NCBI GenBank assembly: GCA_964420365.1
Contig: CAYQTA010000094.1
Location: 100,514-164,513, forward strand
Reading direction: 5' to 3'
Length of the DNA stretch: 64,000 nt
DNA from: an uncultured Acidobacteriota bacterium
Lineage (GTDB): Bacteria > Acidobacteriota > Polarisedimenticolia > J045
The translations under genes were made by a program, and so were the position numbers. Each line of letters opens with the position of its first letter. Position 1 is the first letter of the stretch. The notes below the pieces were generated by a model. The model was given only the letters and a program-made list of their open reading frames with translations, made no database searches and was not told where the DNA came from. Of this stretch, positions 17,521 through 25,743 are shown piece after piece.

Positions 17521-19971
17521 CTACTGGACGTAGCCGAGGCCGCGGAGGCGTTCGAGGGTCTCCTCGTCCACCTGCTCCTCCGCGACGCCGAGACGCGATC
17601 TCGTCTTCGCGGCGGCCGCGAGGTGATCCCGGACCAGTTCCCGCATCCGCGCGAGGTCGCGGGGACGGCGGCGGGCCAGGTCGCGTCGCTCCCCCGGGTC
17701 GTCCCGCAGGTCGAACAGCAGTTCCCGCGTCCCGCCCGCGGTCTCCCGGGCCACGTACTTGAGCGAGCCCCGCCAGGCCGCGTGGAGCGGTTCCCCGCCG
17801 AAACCGATCGCCTCCGCGAACACGGGGCGTGAACCGCAGCCCGCCCCCGACCAGCACGGAACGAGGCTCCGCCCGTCACCGAGGCGATCCGCCACCCCGA
17901 CGAGATCGAGCACCGTGGCCGGCACGTCGATGCCGGAAACCGTCTCCTCCACGACCTTTCCCGCGGGAACGCGCCCGGGCCAGGAAACGATCAGCGGAAC
18001 GCGCGTGACCTCCTCGAACAGGGTGTCCCCGTGGTCGAGGAGACCACGCTCGAAGAGCTCCTCCCCGTGGTCCGCGGTGACGACGACGAGGGTCTGCTCC
18101 CGGAGGCCCTGCCGGTCCAGCTCGTCGAGCAGGGAACCGACCAGCGTATCGGCCCAGGCGAGCTGGCCGTCGTAGAGATCCCGGAAGGCCCGGGCATCCG
18201 ACGGCGCCGCCGGGAAGATGCGGGTGTGGAAGCGGTAGTACTCGCTGATCGGTACGAGGGCCTCCGGCCAGGCGAAGCCGACGTGGTCGGCGGCCGCGAA
18301 CCGGAGCCGGAATTCCCGCGGCGCGTGGTACGGCTGGTGCGGGGCGTAGGTGTGCACGAACAGGAACCAGGGCCCGCGCCCCCCGTGACGAGCGAGCTCG
18401 GCGAGGGACGCCGCCGCCGTGCCCGGCAGCGAGTGCCGCCCATCGTAGCGATAGACGTCGAACCCCTGGGAGAAGCCGAACCGGGGCGAGACCCACGCGT
18501 TCTCGGTGACGGCCACCGTCCGGAAGCCATGCTCCCGGAGCACCTCCGCGAGCATGGTCTCCCGGCCGGACCCGCGAACCCTGAGCCGCTGGTCCGGGTG
18601 CAGGTACCCGTGGAACGCCCCGAGGTCGGGCAGCACGCCGTGGGCCGCCGGCGTGTAGCCGCTGAAGAGGGAGTAGTGGGACGGCAGCGTCCAGTTGGAG
18701 GCCGCCTCCGCGCGGGCGAACCGGGCTCCCTCCCGGGCGAGGGCGTCCAGGCGGGGCGTCACCGGGCGCGGGTTCCCGTAGCAGCCGAGCCGGTCGGCCC
18801 GGGCCGTGTCGAGGGACACGAGCAGGACGTTCGGCTTCCTGTCGGCGCTCCGCCTTGCCGGGTCCGGGAGGACCCGCGGTACCGAGAACCCGGCGCCCGC
18901 CGGGGCGGGCCGGCGAAGGAGGCCGGCGAGGAAGCCGGCGGCCCGGACCTCGAACCTCACCGACGTGTCTCCCGTCCCGCCCGGAAGCGTGACCTCGTGG
19001 GGAACGAAGACCCCCCGGGAAGCATCCCCCGCGTGGACGACGTCGAGCACCGTCCTGCCGCCGGCGGTCACGAGGAAGCGCGCCCGGTTCCCGGCCGGAG
19101 CGAGGCAGGCGAACACGAGGGTGCTGCCCGCGGGAACGCGGAGCTCCGCCGGCAGGTCCTCGAGAAGTGGTCGCCACTCGACGCCCGTGTCCCGCTCGAC
19201 GGGAGGCAGCTCTCCCGGGGGCTCCTCGAACGCGCCCTCCCGCCGCAGCCGGGCCTCGTACAGCCGGGCGAACTCCCGCCGGGCCCGCGCGGCAACGTCC
19301 GTTCGCCCGAGGCGCTCCGCGGCGCCGAGCGCCTGGTACCAGCCCTCCAGGTGATCCGGGTTGGCCCGCGTGGCCGCGAGGAACTCCTCGAGAGCATCCC
19401 CCTCCCGGCCCTCGGCGAGCAGAAGCAGCCCCAGGTGATAGTGGGGAGGCGCGTATTCCCGCCCCAGGTCGCGGGCCGTCTCGATCGACCGTTCCAGGTA
19501 CGCCCGTGCCCGGGCCCGGTCCCCGGCAAGCAGGGCCGAGTAGCCCGCCAGGTTCAGCACCCGCGGGTCCGGACCGACGAGCGGCTCGAGAACCGCGAGG
19601 GCCTCCCGGGGCCGGCCGAGGGTTCCGAGCAGCTTCCCGAGGGCGATCGCCACCTCCCGGTCCCGCGGGTGGGTGGCCAGGTGGGCCCGGTACCAGGAAG
19701 CCGCCTTCCCGGGCCGATCGAGCGTCTCGGCGACCCGGCCGGCGAGGAGGACCAGCCGCGCGTCCCCGCTCTCCGCCGCCCCCGCGAGGTCGGCCACCGC
19801 CTCGTCGGAACGGTCCGGGTGCTCGAGCCAGAACGAGGCTCGCTGCTCCCAGGTCGCGTTCCGGGGCGGCATGGCCCGCGGGGCCGTGCCCTTCTCCCCG
19901 CACCCGGTCCAGGCGACGAGCAGCGCGGCCAGGAACAGGACGGCCAGCGCTGGCAACCGACGACGCATCAT
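17521..19971 (-). CDS. Lipoprotein with N-terminal TPR domain fused to a sulfatase-like (alkaline-phosphatase superfamily) domain
   Basis: C-terminal 816 aa of ORF 17521..20256, from MMRRRLPALAVLFLAALLVAWTGC. It has TPR-like repeats, then ...VLLVSLDTARADRLGCYGNPRPVTPRLDALAREGARFARAEAASNWTLPSHYSLFSGYTP...VVTADHGEE (sulfatase fold). The position normally occupied by the formylglycine C-x-P-x-R reads T-L-P-S-H. ATG at 19971 overlaps the prmA stop. Confidence 0.8.
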   Translation of the reverse strand: MMRRRLPALAVLFLAALLVAWTGCGEKGTAPRAMPPRNATWEQRASFWLEHPDRSDEAVADLAGAAESGDARLVLLAGRVAETLDRPGKAASWYRAHLATHPRDREVAIALGKLLGTLGRPREALAVLEPLVGPDPRVLNLAGYSALLAGDRARARAYLERSIETARDLGREYAPPHYHLGLLLLAEGREGDALEEFLAATRANPDHLEGWYQALGAAERLGRTDVAARARREFARLYEARLRREGAFEEPPGELPPVERDTGVEWRPLLEDLPAELRVPAGSTLVFACLAPAGNRARFLVTAGGRTVLDVVHAGDASRGVFVPHEVTLPGGTGDTSVRFEVRAAGFLAGLLRRPAPAGAGFSVPRVLPDPARRSADRKPNVLLVSLDTARADRLGCYGNPRPVTPRLDALAREGARFARAEAASNWTLPSHYSLFSGYTPAAHGVLPDLGAFHGYLHPDQRLRVRGSGRETMLAEVLREHGFRTVAVTENAWVSPRFGFSQGFDVYRYDGRHSLPGTAAASLAELARHGGRGPWFLFVHTYAPHQPYHAPREFRLRFAAADHVGFAWPEALVPISEYYRFHTRIFPAAPSDARAFRDLYDGQLAWADTLVGSLLDELDRQGLREQTLVVVTADHGEELFERGLLDHGDTLFEEVTRVPLIVSWPGRVPAGKVVEETVSGIDVPATVLDLVGVADRLGDGRSLVPCWSGAGCGSRPVFAEAIGFGGEPLHAAWRGSLKYVARETAGGTRELLFDLRDDPGERRDLARRRPRDLARMRELVRDHLAAAAKTRSRLGVAEEQVDEETLERLRGLGYVQ

Positions 19972-20852
19972 GGCCCCTCCTCCGCCCGGGCCAGGAGCAG
20001 GGCGGCCCACTCGCCCTCGCTCCGGGCGGTGACGCGGCGGAATCCCCGGGACGTCCAGGCCTCGGTGACCCGGTCCACGTCCTCCGGGGAAAACCCGGAG
20101 AGGATCGCCCGGGCTCCCGGAACGAGGTGGTTCGCCAGGGGCCCCGCGCCGCGGACCAGGGCCGTGCGGTGAACGTTGGCGAGCAGCAGCTCGAAGCGGG
20201 CACCGGGGCCGAGGACGCCCCAGCTCCCCGCGGCCACCGCGACCCGGGCTCCGCACCGGTTCCGCAGAACGTTCCCGCGGGCCACCTCGAGCACTCCCGG
20301 GTCGTCGTCGAGCGCGAGGACCGCCGCCGCGCCGAGAAGGGCCGCCCCGATGGCCAGGATGCCGGAACCCGTACCGAGATCGAGGACCCGGTCTCCCGGT
20401 TCCAGCACGTCACCGAGAAGCTCGAGGCACATCCGCGTCGTCGCGTGTTCCCCGGTGCCGAAGGCCCGGCCCGGCGGCAGGAGGACCGGGACGCGCGGAT
20501 CCTCCCGGGGCACGTCCCCCGGGTCGCTGACGACGACGAACCTGCCCGCCGGGATCGGGTCCCTCGGACCGAGGGACGCCTCCAGCCAACCGGGGTCGGC
20601 GATCGCCGCGGGCCCCTCCGGGTCCACGGCCCACGACGGGAGGTCCCTCGCGAACCGGGCGGCATCCGCCTGCCGGTCGAACCACGCGGTCACCCGCAGC
20701 CGACCCGGCCCGGCGGGGCGGCCTTCCGTGCCCCGGGCCCCGGCCGCCCAGGCGAGCCCGGCCCAGCCGTCCTCCCGGTCGACCGGGACCACGGCCGCGA
20801 CCCGGAACCAGCGACCGGGCAGGCGCGTCGGGGGATGCCGGTCCCCGGCCAT
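19968..20852 (-). CDS. prmA: Ribosomal protein L11 methyltransferase
   Basis: 294 aa: ...FGTGEHATTRMCLELL...VLDLGTGSGILAIGA (SAM-binding motif). It sits downstream of dnaJ as in many bacteria. Confidence 0.85.
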   Translation of the reverse strand: MAGDRHPPTRLPGRWFRVAAVVPVDREDGWAGLAWAAGARGTEGRPAGPGRLRVTAWFDRQADAARFARDLPSWAVDPEGPAAIADPGWLEASLGPRDPIPAGRFVVVSDPGDVPREDPRVPVLLPPGRAFGTGEHATTRMCLELLGDVLEPGDRVLDLGTGSGILAIGAALLGAAAVLALDDDPGVLEVARGNVLRNRCGARVAVAAGSWGVLGPGARFELLLANVHRTALVRGAGPLANHLVPGARAILSGFSPEDVDRVTEAWTSRGFRRVTARSEGEWAALLLARAEEGP

Positions 20853-20855
20853 GGA

Positions 20856-22064
20856 CTACTCCTCCCCGTCCGGGGAGGCCTCCCCGGTAGCAACCTGGTC
20901 CGGCTCCCCGGCGCCCCCCCCGCGCCCGCGGAAGAACCGGCGCACGCGGTCGAGGATCCCGTCGCCCTCCCGGTGCCGGGCCAGCCGCTCGTGTTCGAGT
21001 TCCCTGAGGCGCTCCCACAGCTCGCGCTCCCGCGCCGGCACCTTTCGTGGCGGCCGGGCCACCAGGTGCACGACGTGGTCTCCCCGGCCCCGCCGCCCCA
21101 GGCGCGGCACGCCCCGTCCCCGGAGCCGGAGCGTGGTCCCGGGCGCCGTCCCGGGGGGCACGTCCACCGTCTCGGTCCCGTGGAGAGTCTCCACGGTGAG
21201 ACGGGCGCCCAGCACGAGGTCGGCGAACCCGACCTCGAGTTCCTGGTGCACGTCCGCCCCCTCCCGCCGGAGAACCGGGTGCTCCCGGACGCGGATGTCG
21301 ATGTAGAGATCCCCCGGGGGACCCCCGGATCTTCCCGGTTCCCCCTCGCCGGCGACCCGCAGGCGCGTGCCGTCGTCGACGCCGGCCGGGACGGCCACCC
21401 GGACGGTACGCTCGACCTCCACGTGACCCCGGCCCCGGCATTCCCGGCACCGCTCCCGGACGACCCGGCCCTCGCCGCCGCAGGCGGGACAGGTGTGGGC
21501 CATCTGCAGGAAGCCGGTCCGAACGATCACCCGGCCCTGTCCCCCGCAGGTCCGGCAGGTGACGATTCCTCCCGGCGCGGCTCCCGAGCCCCCGCACGCC
21601 GGGCACGGCTCCCGGCGCCGGATCGTCACCGAGGTCTCCGTGCCGAAGACCGCCTCCTCGAACTCCACCTCCAGCGTCGTCCGGAGATCGCTCCCCCGCC
21701 GGGGCCGCCCCCGGCCCCGGCGGCGGGACCCGCCCATGCCGGTCCCGAAGAGCTGCTCGAACAGGTCCTCGAGCCCGAACGCTCCCCCGAACGAGCCGAA
21801 GACCTCCTCGAAGATCGACGGGTCGAAGGCCGGGGGACCGTCGAAACCCTCGGCCCCGTACCGGTCGTAGCGGGCCCGCTTCTCCGGGTCGGAGAGGACT
21901 CCGTACGCCTCCGCCAGTTCCTTGAACCGTTCCTCGGCATCCTCGAGGTCCGGGTTGCGGTCCGGGTGCAGCTCGAGCGCGCGGCGCCGGTAGGCCCGCT
22001 TGATCTCCTCCTGGCTCGCGTCGCGGGAGACGCCGAGGATCGCGTAGTAGTCCTTGCCGCTCAC
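20856..22064 (-). CDS. dnaJ: Chaperone DnaJ
   Basis: ORF 20856..22178. J-domain KDYYAILGVSRDASQEEIKRAYRRRALELHPDRN, a Gly/Phe-rich region, and four CxxCxGxG zinc-finger repeats. I chose the GTG at 22064, which gives VSGKDYY... The ATG at 22178 would add 38 non-conserved residues. Confidence 0.9.
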   Translation of the reverse strand: MSGKDYYAILGVSRDASQEEIKRAYRRRALELHPDRNPDLEDAEERFKELAEAYGVLSDPEKRARYDRYGAEGFDGPPAFDPSIFEEVFGSFGGAFGLEDLFEQLFGTGMGGSRRRGRGRPRRGSDLRTTLEVEFEEAVFGTETSVTIRRREPCPACGGSGAAPGGIVTCRTCGGQGRVIVRTGFLQMAHTCPACGGEGRVVRERCRECRGRGHVEVERTVRVAVPAGVDDGTRLRVAGEGEPGRSGGPPGDLYIDIRVREHPVLRREGADVHQELEVGFADLVLGARLTVETLHGTETVDVPPGTAPGTTLRLRGRGVPRLGRRGRGDHVVHLVARPPRKVPARERELWERLRELEHERLARHREGDGILDRVRRFFRGRGGGAGEPDQVATGEASPDGEE

Positions 22065-22122
22065 GGGGCGTGAGTCTAGCCCCTCGGCGGGGCCCCGCCC
22101 ACCGACCGCCGGGGGGCCGCGG

Positions 22123-23940
22123 TCAGAGGGCGGACGGATCGTAGAGGGCCACCTCCGCCAGCTGGCGCGCCACGCCACCCAGGGCCTCGAGGGCCTGGCG
22201 AACCTCCTCGGGATCGCTCCCGGCCAGCGCGGCCCGGCAACGGGCGAAGACCTCCTGGATCTCCTCCTTCTTCTCGGCCGCGAGGAGGTCCCCGAACTCC
22301 TGGAACGTCTTTTCGTTCGTCTCGAGGAGCCCCTCGAGACGGGCCCGGTTCCGGGCGGCGGCGATCCGCTTCCGGTCCTCCTCCGCGTACGCCTCCGCCT
22401 CCGAGATCGCCCGCTCGATCTCCTCCGGCGAGAGCCCGGAGGTCGGCGTGACCACGACCTGCTGCTCGAGACCGGTGGCCCGGTCCCTGGCCGACACGGA
22501 GACGATCCCGTTGCTGTCGATGTCGAACGTCACCTCGATCTGGGGCGTCCCCTTGGGGGCGGGCGGGATCCCGACGAGCTCGAAGCGCGCGAGGCTCTTG
22601 TTCGCCGACGCCAGCTCGCGCTCGCCCTGGAGCACGTGGATCTCGACCTTCGTCTGGTTGTCCGCCGTCGTCGTGAAGACCAGCGTCCGGCGGCAGGGCA
22701 CCGTGGAACCCCGCTCGATCATCTTGATGAACCGGTCGCCCCGGACCTCGACGCCGAGGGAGAGCGGGGTGACGTCCAGCAGGACGATCTCCTTGACGTC
22801 GCCCCGGAGGATTCCCGCCTGGATCGCGGCACCCAGGGCGACGACCTCGTCCGGGTTCACCTGCCGGTTCGGCTCGCGACCGAAGATCCCGGTCACCACC
22901 TGCTGGACCAGCGGGGTGCGGGTCTGGCCCCCGACCAGGAGCACGTCCGCCACCTGGTCGGCCGTGATGCCCGCCATCTCCAGGGCCTCCTCGCACGGCT
23001 TCCGGGTTCGCTCGACCAGGTCGCGGACGAGATCCTCGAAGGTCGCCCGGTCGAGGGTCCGGTTGAAGTGCACCGGCCCCTTCTCCGTCGTGGCGAGGAA
23101 CGGCAGCTGGATCTCGGTGACCTCCTCCCGGGAAAGCTCGATCTTCGCCTTCTCTGCCGCCTCCTTGAGGCGCTGCAGCGCGAGGCGGTCCTGGAGCGGA
23201 TCGAGGCCGGTCTCCTTGCGGAAGATGTCCGCCATCCAGTGGATGATCTTCTGGTCGAAGTCCTCGCCGCCGAGGAACGTGTCCCCGGCGGTCGCCAGGA
23301 CCTCGAAGACCCCCGCCGCGAGGCGCAGGATCGAGATGTCGAACGTGCCGCCACCGAGGTCGTAGATCGCGATGATCTTCTCGCCCTCGTCCTCCGCGAG
23401 CCCGTAGGCCAGCGCGGCGGCGGTGGGCTCGTTGAGAATGCGCAGGACGTTCAGGCCGGCGATCCGGCCGGCGTCCCGCGTCGCCTGCCGCTGGGCATCG
23501 TCGAAGTAGGCCGGCACGGTGATGACCGCGTCCTCGACCTTCTCCCCGAGGTAGTCCTCGGCCAGGTCCCGCAGGTGAGCGAGGATCGCGGCGGAGACCT
23601 CCTGGGGACTCAGCACCTTCCCCCCGGTCTCGACATGGGCGTCGCCGTTGTCCGCCGCCACGATCCGGTACGGAACGTGGCGCGCCGCCTGCTCGACCTC
23701 CGCGTCGGACCGCTTGCGACCGATCAGCCGCTTGATCGCGTAGAAGGTGCCCTCCGGGTTCGTCGCGGCCTGGCGCTTGGCGAGGGAACCGACCAGGCGC
23801 TCCCCCCGCCGCGAGAAGGCGACCATCGAGGGAACGGTGTGGCTCCCCTCCTTGGTGGGGATCACGACCGGCTGGTCCCCCTCCATCACCGCCACCACCG
23901 AGTTGGTCGTTCCCAGGTCGATCCCGATGATCCTGCCCAT
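22123..23940 (-). CDS. dnaK: Chaperone DnaK (Hsp70)
   Basis: 605-aa C-terminal part of ORF 22123..25293: MGRIIGIDLGTTNSVVAV...DLGGGTFDISIL...VLLVGGQTRTPLVQ... ATG at 23940. Confidence 0.97.
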   Translation of the reverse strand: MGRIIGIDLGTTNSVVAVMEGDQPVVIPTKEGSHTVPSMVAFSRRGERLVGSLAKRQAATNPEGTFYAIKRLIGRKRSDAEVEQAARHVPYRIVAADNGDAHVETGGKVLSPQEVSAAILAHLRDLAEDYLGEKVEDAVITVPAYFDDAQRQATRDAGRIAGLNVLRILNEPTAAALAYGLAEDEGEKIIAIYDLGGGTFDISILRLAAGVFEVLATAGDTFLGGEDFDQKIIHWMADIFRKETGLDPLQDRLALQRLKEAAEKAKIELSREEVTEIQLPFLATTEKGPVHFNRTLDRATFEDLVRDLVERTRKPCEEALEMAGITADQVADVLLVGGQTRTPLVQQVVTGIFGREPNRQVNPDEVVALGAAIQAGILRGDVKEIVLLDVTPLSLGVEVRGDRFIKMIERGSTVPCRRTLVFTTTADNQTKVEIHVLQGERELASANKSLARFELVGIPPAPKGTPQIEVTFDIDSNGIVSVSARDRATGLEQQVVVTPTSGLSPEEIERAISEAEAYAEEDRKRIAAARNRARLEGLLETNEKTFQEFGDLLAAEKKEEIQEVFARCRAALAGSDPEEVRQALEALGGVARQLAEVALYDPSAL

Positions 23941-24488
23941 CAGCCTCGCTCCTCGTCGTCCCGGTCGGCCCTTTCCGGCTCGACGGAGACCCGCACCAGC
24001 GCGGGCCGCACCAGGTCTCCCGCCAGCAGGTAGCCCACCCGCAGCACCTCGAGGACGGTCCCGGGAGGTACCCGGTCGGTCGGCGTGGTCTCCGCCGCCT
24101 CGTGGATCCGCGGATCGAAGGGGAGCCCGTCGCCCTCGATCCGCTCGAGGTCGTGGGGCCGGAAGACGTTCCACAGGGACCGCAGGGCGAGACGGACCGC
24201 CTCTTCCATCTGGTCCCGGTCCGGGCGCTGCCGCACGCACTGTTCCAGGGCGTCCAGGGCCGGCAGGATCTCCCGCAGGGCCTGGCGGATTCCCTCCTTG
24301 CGTCCCGCCTGCCGGTGCCGGTGGAGAACCGGTTCGGGCCGCGGTGCCGCCGGGGCCGGCGCGGCATCGGCGAGGTCGATCTCGACGGAGTCCTCCTCCC
24401 CGCCGGGATCCACCGGGCCGGTGTCCCCCACGGGAATGATCTCCAGGATCTCGAGCTCGCCACCCTCGTCCGGCGGGCGCTTCGCCAT
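23940..24488 (-). CDS. grpE: Nucleotide exchange factor GrpE
   Basis: ORF 23940..24524, from internal MAKRPPDEGGELEILE... with a GrpE C-terminal domain ...ERIEGDGLPFDPRIHEA...VLEVLRVGYLLAGDLVRPALVRV. Its stop overlaps the dnaK ATG. Confidence 0.85.
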   Translation of the reverse strand: MAKRPPDEGGELEILEIIPVGDTGPVDPGGEEDSVEIDLADAAPAPAAPRPEPVLHRHRQAGRKEGIRQALREILPALDALEQCVRQRPDRDQMEEAVRLALRSLWNVFRPHDLERIEGDGLPFDPRIHEAAETTPTDRVPPGTVLEVLRVGYLLAGDLVRPALVRVSVEPERADRDDEERG

Positions 24489-24641
24489 GGAACCTCCTCG
24501 TCGTCGTCCCCCGCCCGCGGGCACGCCACGGGCAGGGAGGCGGCACCTCCCCCGTGGTCAAGGTATAGGTCCCGCTCCCCCGGCGTGCACGGTCCCCCCG
24601 CGGGCCCGGGCGGACCACGCCGAACCGGGACGGAACCCGCT

Positions 24642-25743
24642 TCAGGAGGAGGGTCGGCCCCGGGAGAGGAGCCAGGCCTTCATGAACGGGGTCAGGTCGC
24701 CGTCGAGTACCCGGTCGACGTCCCCCATGTCGAGGCCCGTGCGGTGGTCCTTGACCATCCGGTAGGGAGCGAGGACGTAGGAGCGGATCTGGCTGCCGAA
24801 GTCGATCTGCTTCTTCTCGCCCGCCTCCTTGCGCCGCTGCTCCTCCCGCTCCCGGAGGGCGCGCTCGTAGAGACGGGCGCGCAGGATCCGGAACGCCTTT
24901 TCCCGGTTCCGGTGCTGGCTGCGCTCGTCCTGGCAGGAAACGACGATCCCGCTGGGCAGGTGGGTGATCCGAACGGCGGAGTCGGTGACGTTCACGTGCT
25001 GCCCGCCGGCCCCGGAGCTGCGGAAGGTGTCGATCCGAAGGTCCTTGTCGTCGATCTCGATCTCGATCGTGTCGTCGACCTCGGGGATCACGTCCACCGA
25101 GGCGAAGGCGGTGTGGCGCCGCGCCGCGGCGTCGAACGGGCTGATCCGGACCAGCCGGTGGACTCCGCGTTCCGCCTTCAGCCAGCCGTAGGCATCGGGG
25201 CCGATCACGCGCACCGTCGCGCTCTTGATCCCGGCTCCCTCCCCCTCGAGCCGGTCGACGAGCTCGGTCCGGTAACCCTGTCGCTCCGCCCACCGGAGGT
25301 ACATCCGGAGCAGCATCTCGGCCCAGTCCTGGGCATCGACCCCCCCGGCCCCGGGGTGAATGCTGAGGATGGCGTTCCGGTGGTCGTCGTCCCCGGACAG
25401 CATCATCGAGACCTCGACGTCGGCGATCGCCCGGTCGAGGTCCTCGAGGGCCTCGGCGAACTCCTCGTCGACCGTCTCGCCCTCCCGGTCCAGCTCCAGG
25501 AGGGTTCGGGCATCGTCGAGCAGCCCGAGGAGGCGCTTCGCCCGGTCGCGCCGGGCGACGGCCTCGGCCCTCTCCCGGTTCAGCTCGGCCGCCCGGTCCG
25601 GGTCGTCCCAGACCGAACCGTCCGCCATCTGCTTGTCGATCTCGGCGATTCGCCGCTCCAGGTCGGCCGTGTCAAAGGTACCCCCTGAGCGGGTTCGCCC
25701 GCTCTTCGAGGCCCTGCCAGCGCTCGAGGAGATCGTCACGCAT
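24642..25743 (-). CDS. prfB: Peptide chain release factor 2, with programmed +1 ribosomal frameshift (join 25743..25675 and 25673..24642)
   Basis: Frame 1 (ORF 25672..25854, from internal ATG at 25743) reads MRDDLLERWQGLEERANPLRGYL*. Frame +1 (ORF 24642..27557) continues DTADLERRIAEIDKQ...RISPFD (SPF motif)...SGAGGQHVN (GGQ). The shift site AGGGGG TAC CTT TGA C is the canonical RF2 autoregulatory site. Confidence 0.9.
25671..25686 (-). promoter_or_regulatory. prfB: prfB +1 frameshift cassette (internal SD-like AGGGGG, then slippery CTT, then TGA C)
   Basis: Minus-strand sequence AGGGGG-TAC-CTT-TGA-C is read directly from 25686 down to 25671. It is identical in logic and nearly identical in sequence to the E. 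coli prfB site. Confidence 0.85.

Noticed and set aside
15803-20665. Long ORFs 15803..17857 (minus) and 17876..20665 (minus) opposite or out of frame to the HEAT-repeat, sulfatase-like and prmA genes.
   Set aside because: They are antisense or alternate frames of genes with strong motif support. Their composition is Arg/Gly/Pro-rich junk.
24489-24641. Looked for a CIRCE inverted repeat (TTAGCACTC-N9-GAGTGCTAA) or hrcA upstream of grpE.
   Set aside because: No such repeat is visible in the 153-nt region. Only a lone TTGACC hexamer is present. The absence is noted in a finding rather than called as a feature.
19167-25688. Long ORFs 19167..22073 (plus), 22076..24529 (minus) and 24102..25688 (plus) antisense or alternate-frame to prmA, dnaJ, dnaK, grpE and prfB.
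   Set aside because: dnaK, dnaJ, grpE and prfB are unambiguous. The other frames are low-complexity.
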